This document shows positions 38,882 to 45,398 of a stretch of 45,398 bases of DNA, piece after piece. Source of the DNA: a bacterium. Lineage in GTDB: Bacteria > Desulfobacterota > S145-22. A program made the translations under genes and the position numbers. The stretch spans positions 1 through 45,398 of the forward strand of contig JALTIG010000286.1 of assembly GCA_027004185.1 (NCBI GenBank). The letters are read 5' to 3'. The notes under the pieces are model-generated. The model was not told where the DNA came from, made no database searches, and worked only from the letters and a program-made list of their open reading frames with translations. Position 1 is the first letter of the stretch; each line of letters opens with the position of its first letter.

Positions 38882-39324
38882 GACACATCCCCATCCTTCT
38901 TTTGTTTTGGTTGCTTGAGAGGGCTTGGCCCAAGTTTCTTAATCTTTTCCACCATTTCCCTTGCCACAGCTGCAAAACGAGGTCCCATGGCCGCCGACAT
39001 ATTGTACATCTCCAACCTGTCCCCACCAAAACCGATTTCATCTAGGAGCTTTTTTGCATGCTGGACCCGTTTTTTCGCTCTGAAATTCCCGTTAATAAAA
39101 TGACAATCCCCTTCCATACACCCGGCCACATAAACCCCATCCGCACCATCCTCAAAGGCCTTAAGTAGATGCAAAACGTCCACTTTTCCCGTGCATGGAA
39201 GCCGGATAATTCGCACATTCGGTGGATACTGGAGGCGCATGGAACCCGCCAGGTCAGCAGCGGTATACGCACAGTAATGGCAACAAAATGCAACGATTTT
39301 TGGTTCAAACATCTCTTCACTCAT
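38878..39324 (-). CDS. mvhD: MvhD-type [2Fe-2S] subunit
   Basis: FEPKIVAFCCHYCAYTAADLAG, PCTGKV, GADGV, GCMEGDCHFINGN. Confidence 0.93.
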   Translation of the reverse strand: MSEEMFEPKIVAFCCHYCAYTAADLAGSMRLQYPPNVRIIRLPCTGKVDVLHLLKAFEDGADGVYVAGCMEGDCHFINGNFRAKKRVQHAKKLLDEIGFGGDRLEMYNMSAAMGPRFAAVAREMVEKIKKLGPSPLKQPKQKKDGDVS

Positions 39325-42300
39325 CAGGCTGCCACCTCACTCTTGTCATACAGGGCATCACATTTTGCAATCACCTGAACATCCCTGAAGTATTGAAGTT
39401 GAATGGCTTTACCCGGACATTCTGCTGCACAGACTCCACACCCGTGACATTTTATCGGGTCAATCTCCGCTTTCCCTCTCTCGTTTATAACCGGAACTGA
39501 ATAGGGACACGCCCGCACACAAGTGAGACAGGCCGCGCACTTATCCTCATCCACAACCGCTACCACTCCCCCAACAGAGATAAAATCCTTGGCCAGGATC
39601 GTCCCTGCCCGTGCAGCGGCCGCAGCCGCCTGAGCGATCGATTCCGAAATATTCTTTGGAGAATGTGCCGTCCCGCAAACATAAATCCCGTCCGTAGCAA
39701 AATCCACAGGACGCAATTTCATATGCGCCTCCAGGAAAAAGCCATCTGTCATCCGAGGCACCTTCAACATCAAGGCAAGTTCCTCATTCTCTCTCGGAAT
39801 TGTCGCGGAGGAAAGAACCAGTGAATCTGGATAGATGGTGATTTTACGCTTTATAATGGGCTCAAAAAACTGAACGGAGAGCCGCCCATCCTCCTCGCTG
39901 ACCTCTGGCTTGCTCTCTGGACTGTAACGGACAAAGAGAATGCCCCTTCTACGTGCTTCTCGGTAGTAGGGTTCCATCAACCCATAGGTTCGTATATCTC
40001 TGTACAGAATCACCACCTGGGCGTCCGGATTCTTATCCTTGAGTCTCAAGGCATTTTTAATGGCCGTCGAGCAACAGACCCGACTACAGTATGGGCGTTC
40101 CTCATTACGCGATCCTACGCACTGAATCATGACCACGGTATTCTGACCCAGGGCAAACTGAGGCTCCCTAACCAGGGATCTCTCAAATTCAAGTTGAGTC
40201 ATAACATGTTCATTTCTCCCATAGAGATACTCATCAGGTTTGAGTTCCTCACCACCCGTCGCGACAATAACAACCCCATGTTCCAGTTTTCGATAATACA
40301 TCCCAGGTGCCACCATGATGCCCGTACTGAAATTGCCCTGTGTCCCGGAAAAATCAACGATCAAGGCATTGGTGATCACATGAATATTCTTATCCGCCTT
40401 AACCTCTTCAATCGTTTTATAAAGGAGTGACTGAACATCTTCACCCTCAATGGTAAAATAAATATTTCTTATGTTTCCACCTAATTGCGGCTCTTTCTCA
40501 ACAAGGTATACCTCATAGCCCTGCTCAGAAAGCCTCAAGGCAGCCGTCATTCCAGCAATTCCTCCCCCAATGACCAGCCCCTTCTTAATAATGGGCAGAT
40601 TCTTCTCATGAAGGGGGATTAGCTCACGTGCACTGGCCACAGCCATTCGAACAAGATCTTTCGCCTTTTCCGTTGATTCGGAATGCATATGCATATGAAC
40701 CCAGGAGCATTGATCCCGAATGTTTGCCATCTCAAAAAGGTACTTATTCAAACCCGCCTGACGTATGGTCGCTTGGAAAAGAGGTTCATGAGTTCTGGGG
40801 GAACAGGAAGCTACTACAACTCTGTTCAAACGATGCTCCTTGATCCTTTCCTTGATGCGATCCTGCGTATCCTGAGAACAGGTAAAAAGGTTATCTTCCG
40901 CATAGGCGACATTCGGGAGGGTCTTAGCATAATCCCGAACAGCGGGCACATCTACCACCGACCCAATATTAACGCCACAGTGACAGACAAAGACCCCGAT
41001 CCTGGGCTCCTGTCCCTCAACATCGAGCTCCTCTGGAAGTTCTTCTCTTACCAGTTCTGTCCCCCTTGCATCCGCCAAAAGCCCAGCCGCATATGCCACG
41101 GCACTACTTGCTTGAGACACCGTCTCAGGGATATCTTTGGGTCCTTGAAAGGCACCACAAACAAACACCCCGGGGCGCGACGTAGAAACCGGAGTAAATG
41201 GATGGGTGCGACAAAACCCATAACTATTCATCTCGACAGATATTCTCTGAGAGAGCTTCACCGCTTCACGGGATGGCTCCAAGCCCACGGAAAGAACAAC
41301 CATATGGAAGGTTTCATTCTTTAAAGACCCATCTTCCCCCTGATAGGTCAGAACGAGATCGTGGGTAACAGGATCCTCTGTCACCCGAGAGATCATAGAA
41401 CGGATATATTTCACACCGAACTGGCTCTGAGCCCGCTCATAGTAGGCATCAAACCCCTTTCCAAAGGCTCGAATATCCATATAGAAAATGGTAGTCTCGA
41501 TACCTTGGAGGTGTTCCTTTGCAATAATTGCCTCTTTTGTGGCATACATGCAGCAAACCGAGGAACAGTACGGATGGTCTGTATCCCGGCTCCCTACACA
41601 CTGGATAAAGGCGATTTTCTGCGGGATGTCCCCATCCGAAGGCCGCATAACGGTGCTGCTATACGGCCCCGTGGCGCTAAGCATACGTTCAAACTCGATC
41701 GAGGAAACCACGTTGGGGAAACGTCCATAGCCATACTCCCCTTTCTTCATCGGATCGTATTCATCAAAACCCGGGGACAGGATCACAGCTCCCACGCGGA
41801 CATTTTCTACCTTCGGGGGGATCGTATAATCGATCGCCTCCGCTTCGCAAACATCGGCACAGATCCCGCATCCCAAGCACCGGCGACAACTTAGGCAACG
41901 CTTCGCTTCCCTGACAGCCATCTCCTCGGTGAAACCAAGTTGAACCTCATCAAAAGTTTTGATCCGTTCTTTTACCTCAATCTCCGGCATGGAAACCCTC
42001 GGTTCCTGTTCTATCCCTTCACGCACATCCTCAACAGGGAAGAAAACCTCCTCTAATTCTCGCCCCGCCTTGAGATCTTCCCCCTTCAGATAGCGTTCGA
42101 TGGAAACTGCAGCCCGTTTCCCCGCTGCCATGGCATCGATTGCCATGGCCGGTCCTGTCACCAGGTCTCCACCAGCGAATACGCCAGGAAGGTTCGTTTC
42201 GAGGGTTAAAGCGTCAACCTGTGGCAACCCCCGACGTGTGAGCTTAAACCCAAGGGATTCAAGCAACGACATATCGGTCCGCTGACCGATGGCCGGGATT

Positions 42301-43760
42301 ACCCGATCCGCCTTGAGTAAAAACTCACTCCCTTTAACGGGGATTGGGCGGCGGCGACCAGAATCATCCGGGTCGCTGAGGCGCATCTTGATCATTTTTA
42401 CCCCGACAACCTTGCCCCCTTCTCCCACGATTTCAATAGGGGAGACAAGGTATCGTATTGCGATCCCCTCCTGGAGTGCTTCTTCAATCTCCTCCTCATT
42501 CGCGGGCATCTCCTTACGTGAACGCCGATAACAGATCTCCACAGACGCAGCTCCCGCACGCAGGGCTGATCGCGCTGCATCAATAGCCACGTTCCCTCCC
42601 CCAACAACAATCACATGACCCGAGAGACTCTTTAAAGTTCCAAGATTTAGGTCTCTGAGAAAATCTACCCCTGGGATGACACCGCCAAGGTCCTCTCCCG
42701 GGATATTGAGTGTCTGATTTTTGTGCGCCCCGATCGCAAAGAAAACCGCCTTGAACCCTTCTCTTTCAAGGTCTTCAAAGGTCTTATCCTTTCCAAATGT
42801 TACCCCGGTAGCAACCTCAACTCCCAAAGCTTTGATAGCGTCAATTTCCTTGTTTAATACATTTAGGGGCAATCGATAATCAGGGATTCCAACAGCCAAC
42901 ATCCCCCCCGCCACGGGAAGCTTCTCAAAAACCTTCACCCGAAATCCCTTGAGAGCCAAGTCATTGGCGCAAGTCAACCCTGCCGGTCCCGCTCCGATAA
43001 TCGCTATCCTTTCTTCCCGCCTCTCATGCACGACCGGAACAGGAATCGGCTTTCCAGATGCCTCTTCATAATCCGCCACAAACCTTTTTAGGGAGGCGAT
43101 GGCAATAGGCTCATCCACTTTCCGTCCCCGCAGGCACATTGTTTCGCAAGGATGGCTGCAGATTCGACCACAGACGGAAGGGAAAGGAAGTTTCTTCCGG
43201 ATGATAGCCAGTGACTCCTCGTACCGTCCTTCAGCAATAAGTCCAACATATTCCCGTACATCCAGGTGGATAGGACAGGCCACCGCGCAAGGCGGATCCT
43301 CTTTGTCAATCACGTAGGTAGAAGGGACTGCTTGGGGATAATTGATATAAACAGCAGAACGTCCCGTTTCACCCTCATTGTACTCACTTAAAACCTCGAG
43401 AGGACAATTCTGGGTGCAAAGCCCGCACCCTGTACACTTTTGCGGGTCAACACGTTTTGAATGCCGAGCAATAGTTGCTGTAAAATTCCCCGGTTCCCCC
43501 TCAAGCCCCAACAGATCCGCATGTGTAATCAGCTCAATGTTCGGATTTCTGGCTACCTCGACCAGCTTGGGTGACATAATACACATACTGCAGTCATTGG
43601 TGGGAAAGGTTTTGTCCAACTGAGCCATCGTCCCACCTATGTTGGCACTTTTTTCCAGAAGATAAACCTTAAATCCTGATTCTGTCAGGTCAAGGGCTGC
43701 CTGCATTCCGCCTATTCCGCCCCCAACAACAAGTACCGCACCTGATTTCTCCTGGGTCAT
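39324..43760 (-). CDS. hdrA: Giant HdrA (HdrL-type): two HdrA modules with an inserted GltD-like NAD(P)H/FAD module, 1478 aa
   Basis: GGGIGG + KTFPTNDC; insert with CGRICSHPCE, GAGPAG and GGGNVAIDAAR..YRRS; two IQCVGSR..YCSxVCC cores; RIGVFVCHCG; GGGIAG; C-terminal 2x[4Fe-4S]. Confidence 0.92.
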   Translation of the reverse strand: MTQEKSGAVLVVGGGIGGMQAALDLTESGFKVYLLEKSANIGGTMAQLDKTFPTNDCSMCIMSPKLVEVARNPNIELITHADLLGLEGEPGNFTATIARHSKRVDPQKCTGCGLCTQNCPLEVLSEYNEGETGRSAVYINYPQAVPSTYVIDKEDPPCAVACPIHLDVREYVGLIAEGRYEESLAIIRKKLPFPSVCGRICSHPCETMCLRGRKVDEPIAIASLKRFVADYEEASGKPIPVPVVHERREERIAIIGAGPAGLTCANDLALKGFRVKVFEKLPVAGGMLAVGIPDYRLPLNVLNKEIDAIKALGVEVATGVTFGKDKTFEDLEREGFKAVFFAIGAHKNQTLNIPGEDLGGVIPGVDFLRDLNLGTLKSLSGHVIVVGGGNVAIDAARSALRAGAASVEICYRRSRKEMPANEEEIEEALQEGIAIRYLVSPIEIVGEGGKVVGVKMIKMRLSDPDDSGRRRPIPVKGSEFLLKADRVIPAIGQRTDMSLLESLGFKLTRRGLPQVDALTLETNLPGVFAGGDLVTGPAMAIDAMAAGKRAAVSIERYLKGEDLKAGRELEEVFFPVEDVREGIEQEPRVSMPEIEVKERIKTFDEVQLGFTEEMAVREAKRCLSCRRCLGCGICADVCEAEAIDYTIPPKVENVRVGAVILSPGFDEYDPMKKGEYGYGRFPNVVSSIEFERMLSATGPYSSTVMRPSDGDIPQKIAFIQCVGSRDTDHPYCSSVCCMYATKEAIIAKEHLQGIETTIFYMDIRAFGKGFDAYYERAQSQFGVKYIRSMISRVTEDPVTHDLVLTYQGEDGSLKNETFHMVVLSVGLEPSREAVKLSQRISVEMNSYGFCRTHPFTPVSTSRPGVFVCGAFQGPKDIPETVSQASSAVAYAAGLLADARGTELVREELPEELDVEGQEPRIGVFVCHCGVNIGSVVDVPAVRDYAKTLPNVAYAEDNLFTCSQDTQDRIKERIKEHRLNRVVVASCSPRTHEPLFQATIRQAGLNKYLFEMANIRDQCSWVHMHMHSESTEKAKDLVRMAVASARELIPLHEKNLPIIKKGLVIGGGIAGMTAALRLSEQGYEVYLVEKEPQLGGNIRNIYFTIEGEDVQSLLYKTIEEVKADKNIHVITNALIVDFSGTQGNFSTGIMVAPGMYYRKLEHGVVIVATGGEELKPDEYLYGRNEHVMTQLEFERSLVREPQFALGQNTVVMIQCVGSRNEERPYCSRVCCSTAIKNALRLKDKNPDAQVVILYRDIRTYGLMEPYYREARRRGILFVRYSPESKPEVSEEDGRLSVQFFEPIIKRKITIYPDSLVLSSATIPRENEELALMLKVPRMTDGFFLEAHMKLRPVDFATDGIYVCGTAHSPKNISESIAQAAAAAARAGTILAKDFISVGGVVAVVDEDKCAACLTCVRACPYSVPVINERGKAEIDPIKCHGCGVCAAECPGKAIQLQYFRDVQVIAKCDALYDKSEVAA

Positions 43761-44137
43761 GATGAACCTCCCGGTGCCGTGTAACGATAGTAAGGGATTT
43801 TCCCCTCCTCTATACGCCCCACTACCACAAGACCTCGACGTCTAAGTTCGACAATGTGCCGTAAAACAGAATCTGGCGGCATCTTTAATTCCCTCGCCAT
43901 CTCCTTCACAGACATTTCTTTGTTAGACAAAATTTCACAGATCCGACTCCTCAGTAATTCTCGGTTCATAATCTGATCCAAGGATATCTGAAACTGCCGA
44001 TTCGTGTATCTTTCACCATAAAAATTCCCTTTTTCTACCAACGCCGGCTTCTTTTCCAGCAGCGCCCGAATCTTTTTGGCGCTAAAAGGATCCCACTTTT
44101 CAACGAAAGCGATCTTCTCTTCCATGACACTCCTCAC
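43757..44137 (-). CDS. Winged-HTH protein embedded in the hdr cluster
   Basis: C-terminal SVKEMARELKMPPDSVLRHIVELRRRGLV wHTH; N-terminal EKGNFYGE; coupled to hdrA by an ATGA overlap. Confidence 0.75.
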   Translation of the reverse strand: MRSVMEEKIAFVEKWDPFSAKKIRALLEKKPALVEKGNFYGERYTNRQFQISLDQIMNRELLRSRICEILSNKEMSVKEMARELKMPPDSVLRHIVELRRRGLVVVGRIEEGKIPYYRYTAPGGSS

Positions 44138-44140
44138 GCA

Positions 44141-45019
44141 TTATATGAGACCTACCCTTTTCAAAAACACCTTCGGATCCACAAAATGCTTTTTCCATTG
44201 CCCTGCCGGCAGTTCTCGCCCCAGGGCCAGTGCCAACAACTCAGAGACATAGAAAACGGGTAATCCTGCCGAATGACTGTACTCAGGCTTCGTGCCGGAT
44301 TGCATCAGATCCAGATTCATCTGGCATAAAGTGCAAGAAGTTACAATAGCGTCCGCCTGTACAGCCTGGGCATTATCCAGAATATGGCCGCTTAAACGAC
44401 AGACAATCGCCTCTTCCGTAACGTTCAGACTTGCACCGCAACAGTCCATCTTAGACGGCCAAGGAACCGCTTCCGCTCCGATGGCCTCCATGACCCGATC
44501 CATATACACAGGGTTTTCCCGGTCATCAGAGGCTTTTGAATGGGGAACACGTGTCAAAAGGCATCCGTAATACGAAACGACCCGAATCCCCTTTAAAGGC
44601 CTTTTTACCGCCCTTTTTATCCTTTTCAGGCCCACATCTTCGACGAGAATTTCAAGAATATTCCTGACCTCTGTACTCCCCTTGTAATTTAATGGTTCAA
44701 TCAGTTCATTAACCTCCAGAAGCTTTTCCTCATCCTTCTGGAGAACGCGGTTTGCAAGGATAAATCGGTGATAACATGCAGAACAGGGTGCAAAAAGGGA
44801 CAGGCCTTCCCGCTCGGCAAGCGCAAGGTTTCTTGCCGGCAGGGCAAGGGCGAGAGATTCGTTCAGGCTGTGCGCTGCCGTAGCTCCACAGCAGTTCCAG
44901 TCAGGAACCTCCCTTAAATCCACACCGAGGGAACCAAGGGAAACCTTGATGGAATCATTATATTCCTTTGCCGAGGAATGAAGCGAACATCCGGGGAAAT
45001 ATGCGATTTGAATTCCCAT
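44141..45019 (-). CDS. hdrB: Heterodisulfide reductase subunit B (copy 1)
   Basis: YFPGCSL...WNCCGA...PCSAC and YYGCLL...DCCGA...SCTLCQ. Confidence 0.93.
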   Translation of the reverse strand: MGIQIAYFPGCSLHSSAKEYNDSIKVSLGSLGVDLREVPDWNCCGATAAHSLNESLALALPARNLALAEREGLSLFAPCSACYHRFILANRVLQKDEEKLLEVNELIEPLNYKGSTEVRNILEILVEDVGLKRIKRAVKRPLKGIRVVSYYGCLLTRVPHSKASDDRENPVYMDRVMEAIGAEAVPWPSKMDCCGASLNVTEEAIVCRLSGHILDNAQAVQADAIVTSCTLCQMNLDLMQSGTKPEYSHSAGLPVFYVSELLALALGRELPAGQWKKHFVDPKVFLKRVGLI

Positions 45020-45398
45020 TAGCCTTTCCTCTTCGATGCACGATCAAAAATCTTCTCGATCTGTTCTTTATTTTGAACCTTCTGGGGAAAGATACTCATC
45101 TTTCCCATAAAAAACATCTTCATACCCAGCTTGGCATCTTTCAAAAATCGTCCTTCCTTAAACTCATACCGTGCAAGGAGCTTCGTTTCATTGACACGGC
45201 CATACTCCTGCACAGAATCAAGAAATAATTCATGGAAATGGACGATATGTGACTTTGGCGTGGCATCTCCGCGGGACTGGTAAGACAATCTTCGCAATGT
45301 ATCCATAACATGGGCAATATCGATATCGTTGGGGCATCGCACGCTACAGGTATAGCAGGTTGCACAAATCCATATGGAATCAGCATTTAAGGCGGCAT
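45019..45398 (-). CDS. hdrC: Heterodisulfide reductase subunit C (copy 1), 5' end beyond the window edge
   Basis: Frame stays open to the edge: AALNADSIWICATCYTCSVRCPNDIDIAHVMD..FHELFL..YGRVNE; TAATG overlap with hdrB. Confidence 0.88.
   Translation of the reverse strand, partial: AALNADSIWICATCYTCSVRCPNDIDIAHVMDTLRRLSYQSRGDATPKSHIVHFHELFLDSVQEYGRVNETKLLARYEFKEGRFLKDAKLGMKMFFMGKMSIFPQKVQNKEQIEKIFDRASKRKG

Noticed and set aside
40683-41894. Long plus-strand ORFs (213 and 177 aa) opposite hdrA, and the many other 60-170 aa antisense or alternate-frame ORFs
   Set aside because: They are shadows of well-supported genes, with no recognisable motifs.
38878-43760. Selenocysteine in MvhD or HdrA
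   Set aside because: Both frames are open with Cys at the usual Sec-variable sites, and their terminal TGAs are ATGA coupling overlaps.
1-45398. CRISPR array, IS/transposase, integrase, prophage or rRNA
   Set aside because: I saw no regularly spaced repeats, no recombinase, transposase or phage ORFs, and no rRNA-like sequence on manual reading.

Overview
This 45.4-kb window looks like chromosomal DNA from an anaerobic diderm bacterium, probably Desulfobacterota/'Deltaproteobacteria' (inferred from gene content and the plsC-rnj-ftsK-lolA order). The left part is mostly housekeeping: UPF0182, kdsB, cooC, plsC, rnj, ftsK, lolA, recO, a group II PLP decarboxylase, a tiny SEC-C protein, an acyl-CoA dehydrogenase, comM/yifB, a LysR regulator and a TolA/TonB-like gene. 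The middle holds a lexA-umuD-umuC cassette beside tRNA-Met, a CBS/ACT gene with a GlcD/D-lactate dehydrogenase-type gene, a fwdB-fwdG-fwdA-like operon, queF-yhhQ, murJ, an MBL hydrolase, three tRNAs (Gln, Glu, Ala) and a minimal rfaH-wzx-methyltransferase unit. The right end is a minus-strand redox cluster: hdrC(partial)-hdrB-wHTH-giant hdrA(HdrL-type)-mvhD-metV-metF-response regulator-hybrid kinase-hdrC-hdrB. The best leads are (1) the fwdB/G/A-like operon, whose ORFs are intact and keep their Fe-S ligands but appear to have lost both the W/Mo ligand and the amidohydrolase metal ligands, (2) a possible NADPH-linked bifurcating MetFV-MvhD-HdrL-(HdrBC)x2 complex with embedded regulators, and (3) a possible C-terminal selenocysteine in the SEC-C protein. 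All assignments come from motif recognition by eye; no database searches were run.
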